Shown here: piece by piece, positions 40,985 to 50,368 of the stretch
Layout of the letters: every line of letters begins with the position of its first letter
Numbering within the stretch: position 1 is the first letter of the stretch
IMG/VR virus record: IMGVR_UViG_3300030102_007626
Span: 32,001-96,000 of that record
Length of the DNA stretch: 64,000 nucleotides
Origin: a virus
Reading direction: 5' to 3' (one strand)
The notes under the pieces: generated by a model
Told to the model about the DNA's origin: nothing
The model's database searches: none
Seen by the model: only the letters and a program-made list of their open reading frames with translations
Program-made: the position numbers and the translations under genes

Positions 40985-41445
40985 AACATGAAGCAATAAT
41001 TGATTGCCCTAAATCAGGAGGTGATCTATGTTATAAAATCCAAATTAATCAAGATATCACAAATTATATGAGTTTAAGTTGTGGGTTTTGGACTAATAGT
41101 TTAATGAAACCAGGTAAAGAATTTTATGAACACCAAATGTCTACTTTACCTGAATTATATATTGATTTGGCTTGGGAAGACCCTGATACAAAAATGGTTT
41201 GGATACCAAACACAATTAATGAACCAGGAGTTGGAATGATATTTGCTAATGGGACTAATAAAAATGATTGGGGATGGGCAGCAGTTAAAGCTATAAAAGT
41301 CCCTGAAGAAGATAAAGAAAAATATCCTGTACCAGGTAAAGAAGGAGAATTTATGGAATTTAGAATGGATATGGATAATATGAAAATGTTCCCAGAAAGA
41401 GAATATATAGATGCTTTATCTCATGTTGGAATTATACCAGAATAA
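40981..41445 (+). CDS. Hypothetical protein
   Basis: 154 aa; ATGA coupling. Confidence 0.65.
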   Translation: MKHEAIIDCPKSGGDLCYKIQINQDITNYMSLSCGFWTNSLMKPGKEFYEHQMSTLPELYIDLAWEDPDTKMVWIPNTINEPGVGMIFANGTNKNDWGWAAVKAIKVPEEDKEKYPVPGKEGEFMEFRMDMDNMKMFPEREYIDALSHVGIIPE

Positions 41446-41500
41446 GTAGGTATTTTAATAAAAGTTTTGTATATTTTAGTATATTAAAAATAAAAGTTAT

Positions 41501-41749
41501 ATGACAAGATTAACAGTACACCTAGAAGAACCTATTTTTGTTGAAGTAGACCAAACAAATATTGGTACTAAAGAAAATGTTGTTCTTAAACCTAAAAAAA
41601 GAAAGTGTATTCAAAACACTTTATCCTTTAAAAACATTTCTGAAAACGAAGCAGGTAGAATTATTTCTGATATTCGAAAAAATCATGGAATTGCTAAATG
41701 GAAAGAAGGTAAGAGAAAAGGGCAAGAAATGATTTATATAGTAAAATAA
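41501..41749 (+). CDS. Hypothetical protein
   Basis: Promoter-like TAGG-N19-TATATT at 41447 upstream. Confidence 0.55.
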   Translation: MTRLTVHLEEPIFVEVDQTNIGTKENVVLKPKKRKCIQNTLSFKNISENEAGRIISDIRKNHGIAKWKEGKRKGQEMIYIVK

Positions 41750-41754
41750 AAGTT

Positions 41755-42375
41755 ATGAAAATAAGTTATGCAATTACAGTATGCAATGAGTTTGTAGAAA
41801 TACAACGTTTAGTTAATTTTTTAGTTAAAAATAAACAACAAAAAGATGAAATAGTTATTCTTTATGATGAATCAAATGGAGATATTGAAATAGAAAACTA
41901 TTTAAGATCCCATTCAGTCAATGGGGAATTTAATTGGCATAAAGATAAATTTAAAGGACACTTTGCAGATTGGAAAAATAAATTAGCATCGTTTTGTAAT
42001 GGTGATTATATATTTCAAATTGATGCTGATGAAATGATATCCCCCTATACAATAGATAATATTGGAATGGTATTACAATATAATAGTGTAGATGTAATTA
42101 AAGTTCCAAGAATAAATACTGTTGAAGGGCTTACTCAAGAACATATTAATAAATGGGGTTGGGGTATAAATGAACAAGGTTGGGTTAATTTTCCTGACTA
42201 CCAGTGGAGAGTTTATAAAAATAATGGTAAGATTAAATGGGTAAATAAAGTACATGAAGTACTTGAAGGTTATAAAACCATGTCGTATCTTCCAACAGAA
42301 GAAGAGTGGTGTTTACAACACCCTAAAACAATAAAAAGACAAGAAAAACAAAACGAGTTGTATGGTAAATTATGA
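41755..42375 (+). CDS. Glycosyltransferase family 2
   Basis: ISYAITVCNE, FQIDADE, VHE. Confidence 0.85.
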   Translation: MKISYAITVCNEFVEIQRLVNFLVKNKQQKDEIVILYDESNGDIEIENYLRSHSVNGEFNWHKDKFKGHFADWKNKLASFCNGDYIFQIDADEMISPYTIDNIGMVLQYNSVDVIKVPRINTVEGLTQEHINKWGWGINEQGWVNFPDYQWRVYKNNGKIKWVNKVHEVLEGYKTMSYLPTEEEWCLQHPKTIKRQEKQNELYGKL

Positions 42376-43538
42376 AAAATATAGTTATATTTGCTTCCGA
42401 TACTAAACATGCAAGTTATTTAAATAGTATTATAAATAAAGGATGGAATGATCCTACTTTAAACATATTTTATATGATATGTAATAATACTTTAATTAAA
42501 AATCCTTCAACCCAACAGTCATTTTATTCTATTAATAATAACCTTAAAGAGACAGATTCTATTGTCCCCCACTTCTCAAACACACTAAACTTAAACCTCC
42601 CCTTCAAACCAGACTGGTTAATACTAAGTAGAGAAAGATGGTTCCCTGAAGATCATATAATACAGGAATTTAAACAAAAATGGAATACTAAAGTTGCATT
42701 AGTTGAACCCAACTCAGCTTTTATAAACAGTGTTAATCAGTTCCTAGAATCAGAAAGTAAAAATAATTTTGTAAAAAATATAGATGTTTGGTTTGATCAT
42801 AGTGAATTTATTAAAAATCAAAGAAAATTATTAGGATTTAAAGGTAATAGTGTTGTAGTAGGAAATCCTAAATATGATCAAAACTTAGATGTTGAAGAAT
42901 CTGAGTTAGAGTATTTAAAAAAACACTATAATATAGACTCCAATAAAAAACAAGTAATATTTTATACCTTTATTAACAAGTTTAGATATAAACTGTTTGA
43001 TGAGTTTATAAAATTTAAAGATGCCCACCCTGAATATCAGTATTTTGTAAAACCTTATCCAAAAGAACCTTTTGAAAATTTAAGAAATGAATACTTTCCT
43101 AAGTTTATTGTTGAAGGTGTAACCCCTATTTTAGAAGAATCTCATATTTGGGGAATGTATAATATATGTGATATTCATATAGGTGCTATTAGTTCTGTTA
43201 TGTATCCTTCATATCTTTTAAATAAAGAAGTACATGATTTTTCTTCTCAAATAGGCTATTTTAATGACTTAGATAGTAATCAAGATATAATAAATAACTC
43301 GGGAGGAGATGAAGAAAAGTTAGATTTATGGAAAAGGGTGTTTAACATTAGTAGTGAAGAATTTAAACAGATGACTTCAAAAGAAAAAATGTTACCTATG
43401 TTAAAAAATAATAAAAATGTTATTAGATTTTTATCTGATTCAACAACTCACAGTAAAGATATATTAAAAATATATGATGAATTTAATGATGGTAAAGCAT
43501 CTCAAAGAATTTTAAACTACATAAAGAATGAAAAATAA
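42372..43538 (+). CDS. GT-B fold transferase (TagF-like or sialyltransferase-like)
   Basis: VGNPKYD, VKPYPKE, ISSV, DGKASQRI. Confidence 0.55.
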   Translation: MKNIVIFASDTKHASYLNSIINKGWNDPTLNIFYMICNNTLIKNPSTQQSFYSINNNLKETDSIVPHFSNTLNLNLPFKPDWLILSRERWFPEDHIIQEFKQKWNTKVALVEPNSAFINSVNQFLESESKNNFVKNIDVWFDHSEFIKNQRKLLGFKGNSVVVGNPKYDQNLDVEESELEYLKKHYNIDSNKKQVIFYTFINKFRYKLFDEFIKFKDAHPEYQYFVKPYPKEPFENLRNEYFPKFIVEGVTPILEESHIWGMYNICDIHIGAISSVMYPSYLLNKEVHDFSSQIGYFNDLDSNQDIINNSGGDEEKLDLWKRVFNISSEEFKQMTSKEKMLPMLKNNKNVIRFLSDSTTHSKDILKIYDEFNDGKASQRILNYIKNEK

Positions 43539-44493
43539 AACAATTTTAATTACAGGGGGGACAGGATCTTTAGGTAAGGCTTTAATTAAACGTCTTAATA
43601 AAAATAATACTATTATAGTATATAGTCGAGATGAAGGCAAACAAGCGTTAGAATTTGGACATGATCCTTCTATTATTAGAGTAATAGGTGATGTTAGGGA
43701 TTTTGATAAACTAAATATTACTTTACAACGCCATAAAGTAGATTATGTCATACACACAGCGGCTTTAAAACGGATAGATGATATGGAATTTTATCCCGAT
43801 GAATGTGTTAAAACAAACATTAATGGGTCTGAAAATGTAGCTAGAGCAGCATTAGAGAACAAGATAAAAAAGTGTATTTTAGTATCAACAGATAAAGCTT
43901 GCCAACCAGTAAATGTATATGGCTCAAGTAAATTTATTGCTGAACGTATTTTTACTAATTATGATTACCATTCAACTGATACCATTTTTGCCTCTGTTAG
44001 GTATGGAAATGTAATAGCATCTCGTGGTTCATTTGTTCCTTTATTTATGGAATGGATTAAAAATAAGCAAACTATAAGAGTAACATCTGAAGAAATGACA
44101 CGTTTTTTATTCACTTTAGATGATGCTGTAGACGCTGTATTAGGTGCTTTAGAAAATGCTAAAGGTGGTGAAGTATTTGTTCCACAAATTAACTCTTACA
44201 CTTTACCTACTTGTATTAAAGCTTTAGAAAAGATTACAAATAAAAAATCAAACACAACAGTTATAGGCCTTCGCCCAGGAGAAAAATTACATGAAGATAT
44301 GTTAGCGGAAACAGAATTACCTTTTACATATCAAGTACCCAATGTTAATTTATTACAAATCAGACCACAATATACAAATAAAACGTACCAAGACTGGGAA
44401 AAATATAATGGTCCTCATTTTAATTCAGAATTATGGGTAAAAGAAGATATTGAAGAATTAATAGAATTAATTAATAAAGGTTTAAAATGTTAA
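43528..44493 (+). CDS. pseB: UDP-GlcNAc 4,6-dehydratase (PseB/FlaA1-like)
   Basis: TGGTGSLG, SRDE, HTAALK, STDKA, YGSSK, RYGNV, RPGEKLHE. Confidence 0.85.
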   Translation: MKNKTILITGGTGSLGKALIKRLNKNNTIIVYSRDEGKQALEFGHDPSIIRVIGDVRDFDKLNITLQRHKVDYVIHTAALKRIDDMEFYPDECVKTNINGSENVARAALENKIKKCILVSTDKACQPVNVYGSSKFIAERIFTNYDYHSTDTIFASVRYGNVIASRGSFVPLFMEWIKNKQTIRVTSEEMTRFLFTLDDAVDAVLGALENAKGGEVFVPQINSYTLPTCIKALEKITNKKSNTTVIGLRPGEKLHEDMLAETELPFTYQVPNVNLLQIRPQYTNKTYQDWEKYNGPHFNSELWVKEDIEELIELINKGLKC

Positions 44494-45467
44494 AACATTC
44501 TTTTTTATCTAACTCAATCTCAAACATAACCCAAACTATCCAATCAGGAAATATTGGATTTGGACCCTTAGTAAAACAATTAGAATCTTCTTTTAATACA
44601 ATAAATAACCAACATAACATAGCTACAAACTCAGCATCTGCTGCTGCTTTTATGATATTTGCTTATTTAAAAGAAAAACATGGAAGGTGTGAAGTATATG
44701 TACCTTCATTAACTTTTAATTCTCCTGTTTGGGCAGCTAAACATTTTGATCATAAAATAATATTTGTGGATGTTAATGATGAGCTTTTATTTGACTGTAG
44801 TGACTATTTAGAAAAAAGTACAACCCCATCATGGAAAGATCCTACAGGGTTAAAAAAAGTAGTTATGCCTACTCTATATGGTGGGATTAGTAATATTGAG
44901 GGATGGAAATTAAGAGGTGATGAGATAGTTGTTGTAGATGCTGCACACTGTCCTACCCCAACAATAAAATATGATTTTGCGTTTACATCATTCCACCCAA
45001 CAAAACCTATTTGTAGTCCTGATGGTGGAATGATATTTACTCCTAATAAAGAAGCAGCTGATTATTTTTATTTATATAGAAATTTTGGGAGAAAAAATTT
45101 ATCTGAAGGGTATGACATAATTCAAAATGGGTTTAAATTTTATATGAATAATTTAAGTGCTGCAATTGCTTTAGAAAGTTTAAAGAATTATAGTAAAAAT
45201 TTAAAAATTAGAAAAAAGAATTTTATCTTAATACAAGATAAATTTGAAGGAAGATTTTTAAAACATGATGAAAATTCTTCATATTATTTTGCAACATTAA
45301 TAACAGATCAAGCAGATTTTTTAAAAAATAAATACCAAACAAATAAACATTATCCTATGTTACATAAAACTACATACTATGATAATTGTAACTTACCTAA
45401 CACTGAAAGATTACACCCAAAAATAGTTAATTTACCATTATATGACATCAACATTTATAATAGCTGA
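44487..45467 (+). CDS. DegT/PseC-type PLP sugar aminotransferase
   Basis: NSASAA, VDAAH, SFHPTKPI..DGGM. Confidence 0.85.
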   Translation: MLKHSFLSNSISNITQTIQSGNIGFGPLVKQLESSFNTINNQHNIATNSASAAAFMIFAYLKEKHGRCEVYVPSLTFNSPVWAAKHFDHKIIFVDVNDELLFDCSDYLEKSTTPSWKDPTGLKKVVMPTLYGGISNIEGWKLRGDEIVVVDAAHCPTPTIKYDFAFTSFHPTKPICSPDGGMIFTPNKEAADYFYLYRNFGRKNLSEGYDIIQNGFKFYMNNLSAAIALESLKNYSKNLKIRKKNFILIQDKFEGRFLKHDENSSYYFATLITDQADFLKNKYQTNKHYPMLHKTTYYDNCNLPNTERLHPKIVNLPLYDINIYNS

Positions 45468-46452
45468 AGCAGGAGCTAACCATAATCGTAATTTTAAACA
45501 AGCATTATCTTTAATTGATGTTGCTGTTGAAAGTGGGGCAGATGCTTGTAAATTTCAAACATATACCGCAGATAAACTATTTTCAACTAAAAGTAAAAAA
45601 GTTAATGGGTTTGATGTTTTAAATATGTTTAAGGACATAGAATTACCCAGAACTTGGCAATATGATTTAAAACAATATTGTGATGAAAAAAATATTGAAT
45701 TTATGTCAACTCCATTTGACGAGGAGGCTGTAGATGAATTATATAAATTAGGAGTAAAACGGTTTAAAATAGCTGGGTTTGAATCAACAGATTTAAGATT
45801 TATTAAATATGTAGCTTCAACTAAATTACCTATCATTATATCCGCAGGTATAGGTACTAATATAGATTTTATTAAGAATATATTAGAAACTTGTTATAAC
45901 GTAGGGTGTGAAGATGTTACTATATTACATTGTAATAATGGATATCCTACTAATATAGAAGAAACAAACTTATTAACAATCCCCCAAATAAAAAATAAAT
46001 ATAATATTAAAGTAGGTTTTTCGGATCATACTTTAGACACTTTAACCCCTTCATTAGCGGTAGCTATAGGGGCAGAAGTAATTGAAAAACATTATACATT
46101 ATCAAAAAAACTATCTGGTCCTGACCATCACTTTGCTTTAGAACCCCATGAGTTAAAACAAATGGTAAAAAATATAAGACATACCGAAAAAACATTAACA
46201 GTTAAAAGTGATTTAACTATAAGTGAAAAACTTAATTGGCAAGGGCAAAGATCTATTATTTTAAAAAAAGATGTTAAAAAGGGGGATTTAGTAAATGAAC
46301 AAACAATTACTACTAAAAGACCCTATTATTCTAATTCAATACATGCAAAATATTACTTGGATTTTGTTGGAAAAGGTTATACATTTAACCAAGATATAAA
46401 TAAAGATGAATTTTTAAAAACAAAAAATATTAATTATGGTAAAAAGAACTGA
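45442..46452 (+). CDS. neuB: Nonulosonic acid synthase (NeuB/PseI family) with SAF domain
   Basis: IIAEAGANH, ACKFQ, STPFD, LHC..YPT, GFSDHT, IEKHYTL, GPDH. Confidence 0.92.
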   Translation: MTSTFIIAEAGANHNRNFKQALSLIDVAVESGADACKFQTYTADKLFSTKSKKVNGFDVLNMFKDIELPRTWQYDLKQYCDEKNIEFMSTPFDEEAVDELYKLGVKRFKIAGFESTDLRFIKYVASTKLPIIISAGIGTNIDFIKNILETCYNVGCEDVTILHCNNGYPTNIEETNLLTIPQIKNKYNIKVGFSDHTLDTLTPSLAVAIGAEVIEKHYTLSKKLSGPDHHFALEPHELKQMVKNIRHTEKTLTVKSDLTISEKLNWQGQRSIILKKDVKKGDLVNEQTITTKRPYYSNSIHAKYYLDFVGKGYTFNQDINKDEFLKTKNINYGKKN

Positions 46453-46630
46453 TTTAGATATTATTAATGAAATAGAAACGATACGTTCTAAAAATAATAT
46501 TAATTGGATGGATGTTGTTAGATTATGTTTTGAATTAGCCCCAGACAGAGCTCGAAAATTATTTTCAGAAATAAAAGAATGTGATAGAAAAATACAAAAA
46601 TTAAGTGACGATTTAGCTAATAATGGGTAA
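46436..46630 (+). CDS. Hypothetical protein
   Basis: 64 aa within the operon. Confidence 0.55.
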   Translation: MVKRTDLDIINEIETIRSKNNINWMDVVRLCFELAPDRARKLFSEIKECDRKIQKLSDDLANNG

Positions 46631-47306
46631 AGATATAAGAGACATATGTTTTATTATTCAATCTAGGTTAGATTCTAAAAGATTACCAGGTAAAATGTTA
46701 AAACCATTTGCTAATTCTAATTTATTTGAAATTACAATTAATAAATTAGTAAATTGTAGTTTTATACCTAATGAAAATATTTATTTGTCTTTATATGATG
46801 AAGAATTAATTTCAGTAGGAAAAAAATACCCTGTAAATATATTTAAACGTTCTAAAGAATCTGTTAGTGAATCAAAAGAACCTAAGGTAGTGTCAGAATG
46901 GGGTTGGAAATTACCACATAAATGGTTTATAACTATAAATGCATGTACTCCTCTTCTTACTGAAAAAACTATAACTAATTTTACTAAACATTTTTTAAAA
47001 TCTTCAAATAAAAGTTTATTTGCAGTACATAAAAAAAATAATTTTTATTGGGATAATAAAGGAAATATGATTACTAAATACCCTGGCTCTTTGGATAGTA
47101 AATTAGTAAATAGTACTTTTGAAGCAGCTCATTGTCTGTATGCCGGATGCAAAAACGATTTAAGTAATAATACATATTTAGGAGATTTTACTTTTAACTA
47201 TCCTGAACTTTATATAGTTCATGAAAAAGAAACTTTTGATATAGATGAACCTTGGCAGTTTCCTGTAGTTGAAATATTATATAACAATAAAAACCAATTT
47301 TTATGA
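46623..47306 (+). CDS. Nonulosonate cytidylyltransferase (NeuA/PseF-like)
   Basis: IQSRLDSKRLPGKML, CTPLL, FDIDEPWQF. Confidence 0.8.
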   Translation: MGKDIRDICFIIQSRLDSKRLPGKMLKPFANSNLFEITINKLVNCSFIPNENIYLSLYDEELISVGKKYPVNIFKRSKESVSESKEPKVVSEWGWKLPHKWFITINACTPLLTEKTITNFTKHFLKSSNKSLFAVHKKNNFYWDNKGNMITKYPGSLDSKLVNSTFEAAHCLYAGCKNDLSNNTYLGDFTFNYPELYIVHEKETFDIDEPWQFPVVEILYNNKNQFL

Positions 47307-47977
47307 AAACCCTTATATTTGGAAATGGAGAAATAGCAGAATTAGCTTATTATTATTTTACTAATGATTCCTTGTATGATGTAGTAGCTTTTGTTGCTGA
47401 TGATGAATATGTTAATAGTTCTACCTTTAAAGACTTACCTTTAATTAAGGTATCTGAAGTTTGTAATTTGTATCCACCTCAAGATTATAAAGCCCATGTA
47501 GCTCTATCATATAATAAGTTAAATCAAATCAGAGAAGAAAAATATAACTTAATGAAAAGTTTAGGTTATGATTTAGTCAGTTATGTTTGTTCTAAATCTG
47601 TAACATGGTCTGATCTTGACATAGGAGATAATTGTTTTATATTAGAAAATCAAACCATACAACCTACAGTAAAAATAGGTAATAATGTCATGGTATGGAG
47701 TACTAACCATTTAGGACATAATTGTCAAATAGATGATCATGCTTATTTAGCTTCTGGTATCACAGTATCGGGTCATACAAAAATAGGCAAAAGAACTTTT
47801 GTAGGAGTTAATGCTTCGTTTAAAGATTTTATCAACATAGGATCAGATACGTTTGTAACTATGGGCGCTAATGTAACTAGAGATATCCCAAATGATTCAA
47901 CAGTTACATCAACTGATTTATTTGAATCAGATAATATAGTTAATAAAAAACTAAAAAGAAAATATTTTAATATATGA
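47303..47977 (+). CDS. Hexapeptide-repeat sugar acetyltransferase (NeuD/PglD-like)
   Basis: LIFGNG, left-handed beta-helix repeats, LGHNC. Confidence 0.85.
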   Translation: MKTLIFGNGEIAELAYYYFTNDSLYDVVAFVADDEYVNSSTFKDLPLIKVSEVCNLYPPQDYKAHVALSYNKLNQIREEKYNLMKSLGYDLVSYVCSKSVTWSDLDIGDNCFILENQTIQPTVKIGNNVMVWSTNHLGHNCQIDDHAYLASGITVSGHTKIGKRTFVGVNASFKDFINIGSDTFVTMGANVTRDIPNDSTVTSTDLFESDNIVNKKLKRKYFNI

Positions 47978-47980
47978 AAT

Positions 47981-48868
47981 GTGTGGAATAAAAAAGGATT
48001 AATTATAGAACCAAATAAAAACCTATGGTGGAATCAATCACATGGAATGTTACCTACAATACAACACTTAAAGGGTGACCAGTACAAGGTATTTTATTCA
48101 GGACGAGATAAAGATAACATATCTCATATTGGTTATTCTATTATTGAAATAAAAGATAATATTATAACTGAAATATCTAAATCAACAGATCCCGTATTAT
48201 CTCCGGGTGAGAGAGGGTGTTTTGATGATAATGGAGTAACTCCCTCATGTGTTATAAATAATAAATTATACTACATAGGTTGGAATTCAGGTACAACTAC
48301 AATTCGTATGTCTCTGATTATGGGTATGGCTGAGGAAATAGGTGGTAATTATGAACGTGTATCACGAGCACCTTTAATGCCCAAAACTAATAAAGAGCCA
48401 TTTGGTATTTGTACAGCTCCATATGTAATAAAAGATGGAGATGTGTACAAGATGTGGTATGTATCTGGTAATGGTTGGATTAATAAAGATCTACCTAAAT
48501 ATGATATTAAATATGCAACATCAGAAGATGGATATATTTGGAATCGTAAGGGTATAGTATCTTTAGCTTTAAAAAAAAATGAAACAGCACTAGCAAGACC
48601 TTGTGTTATAAAATCAGGTATATATGAAATGTACTTTTCTTATAAAGACCCAAAAATAGGTTATAGAATAGGATATGCTACATCAACAGATGGGATAAAA
48701 TTTACACGTCACTTAAACTCAGATCACTGTTTATCAGTATCTAAAAATGGTTTTGATTCAAAAATGGCTGAATATAGTTTGGTATTTGAACATAAGGGTC
48801 GTAGATTCATGTTATATAATGGAAATAATTATAGTGAAAATGGAATAGGATATGCAGTCAAACAGTAA
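47981..48868 (+). CDS. Beta-propeller glycoside hydrolase-like protein (GH32/43-like)
   Basis: FDDNGV, YATSEDG, YATSTDG, MLYNGN. Confidence 0.7.
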   Translation: MWNKKGLIIEPNKNLWWNQSHGMLPTIQHLKGDQYKVFYSGRDKDNISHIGYSIIEIKDNIITEISKSTDPVLSPGERGCFDDNGVTPSCVINNKLYYIGWNSGTTTIRMSLIMGMAEEIGGNYERVSRAPLMPKTNKEPFGICTAPYVIKDGDVYKMWYVSGNGWINKDLPKYDIKYATSEDGYIWNRKGIVSLALKKNETALARPCVIKSGIYEMYFSYKDPKIGYRIGYATSTDGIKFTRHLNSDHCLSVSKNGFDSKMAEYSLVFEHKGRRFMLYNGNNYSENGIGYAVKQ

Positions 48869-49553
48869 AATAATGTCACTTATGCAACCAACGTATTATC
48901 CTTGGTTGGGGTATTTTAACTTAATAAAACAAAGTGATATATTTGTAATGTATAATACAACTCAATTAGTAAAGAGAAGTTGGCAAGTAAGGAATAAAAT
49001 AAAAACCCCCCAAGGAGAAATATTTTTAACAATCCCAGTAAAAAAAACTACTAATAGAGATAACCTAATGATTAAGGATGCTGAAGTATTATATGATAAT
49101 AAATGGAATATTAAACATCTAACATCTATAAAACAGGCATATTCTAAAACACCTTATTTTAAGGATATTTTTCCTATAATTGAATATCATCTTAGTGGAA
49201 CTCATAAATTATTAACTGATATAACTTTTGGTTTAATATTGGATATAGTTGATTTATTAAATATAGACACTAAAATAGTACTATCATCAGATATAAACTA
49301 TACAGGTAAAAAAGATCATGCGCTTATATCTATGTGTAAAGAATTAGGCATAAATAGATATTTATCAGTCAAGGGATCTATGGATTATATTTTAGATGGT
49401 GAAAATCTATTCGAAAATAATAATATAGATTTACTATGGCATGAATATAAACACCCTGTATATAAACAAGTTAATGGGGGTTTTATTCCGTATATAGGAA
49501 TAATAGATGCTTTATTTAATATAGGGCCTGAAAAAACAAAAAATCTAATATGA
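48852..49553 (+). CDS. wbqC: WbqC family protein
   Basis: QPTYYPWLGYF, RNKI, AYSKTPYF, YKQ..GGFIPYIGIIDALFN. Confidence 0.85.
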   Translation: MQSNSKIMSLMQPTYYPWLGYFNLIKQSDIFVMYNTTQLVKRSWQVRNKIKTPQGEIFLTIPVKKTTNRDNLMIKDAEVLYDNKWNIKHLTSIKQAYSKTPYFKDIFPIIEYHLSGTHKLLTDITFGLILDIVDLLNIDTKIVLSSDINYTGKKDHALISMCKELGINRYLSVKGSMDYILDGENLFENNNIDLLWHEYKHPVYKQVNGGFIPYIGIIDALFNIGPEKTKNLI

Positions 49554-50368
49554 AAAGATTATTATTAATAGGTCCTGGGGATTCTTTAGAAACATTAAAC
49601 TCAAATCTACTAAAATCAACCCCTTCTTTATACTTTGGTAGTTCATTTCATTGGTTTGATAAAAATGATGTTTGTCCTACTTATTATACTTTTATTGATC
49701 CTAATACTATTACATATTTTGATGCATTAATAAATGGAATTTCTGATTATGATAAAACCCACCCTAATCGTTATGATTATAAAAGTTACATCAGTTATTT
49801 AAAAAATACCCCTCCTTATTCTAAAAATTTTCTATCCAACATTTCAAAATCAACGACATTGATGTATGGAGACTTACAAGGTTCAGAAGATTTTTACAAA
49901 AAAGGATTTACAACAAGCAGAGGACTAAGATGGTTTATGGGAGAATATAAAAATGGTGTATTATCTAGAGTAGAATCACATTTTAAAGAAGTTAAAAAAC
50001 TTCCACAAAATATATGTGTAAATGATTATTCTTCTCTTTACAATCCATCATTAAAACATTTATCCCCTATAATAATCCACGAACCTAACATTAACACTGA
50101 TAAATTCACATGTTATATTCTTCCTTTAGTTTTATCTTATTTTAAAGAATTAAAAGAAATAGAATGTATAGGCTTTGGGGATTTTAATACTCCTCGATTA
50201 TCTAATAATACAAGTGAAGGATATAATCAATACAAAGCTTCATATGAAAGAATGAAAAATGAATTAATAAACCTTTTAAATTTTAAAAATATATCTATAA
50301 GTTTTAAAAATAAAGACTCATATTTTATAGAACTAGAAAATAACACAAATAAAAATAATATAAACTAA
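49550..50368 (+). CDS. Maf/sialyltransferase-like protein (putative)
   Basis: LLIGPGDSL, PTYYTFIDP, IECIGFGD; located in the nonulosonate locus. Confidence 0.45.
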   Translation: MKRLLLIGPGDSLETLNSNLLKSTPSLYFGSSFHWFDKNDVCPTYYTFIDPNTITYFDALINGISDYDKTHPNRYDYKSYISYLKNTPPYSKNFLSNISKSTTLMYGDLQGSEDFYKKGFTTSRGLRWFMGEYKNGVLSRVESHFKEVKKLPQNICVNDYSSLYNPSLKHLSPIIIHEPNINTDKFTCYILPLVLSYFKELKEIECIGFGDFNTPRLSNNTSEGYNQYKASYERMKNELINLLNFKNISISFKNKDSYFIELENNTNKNNIN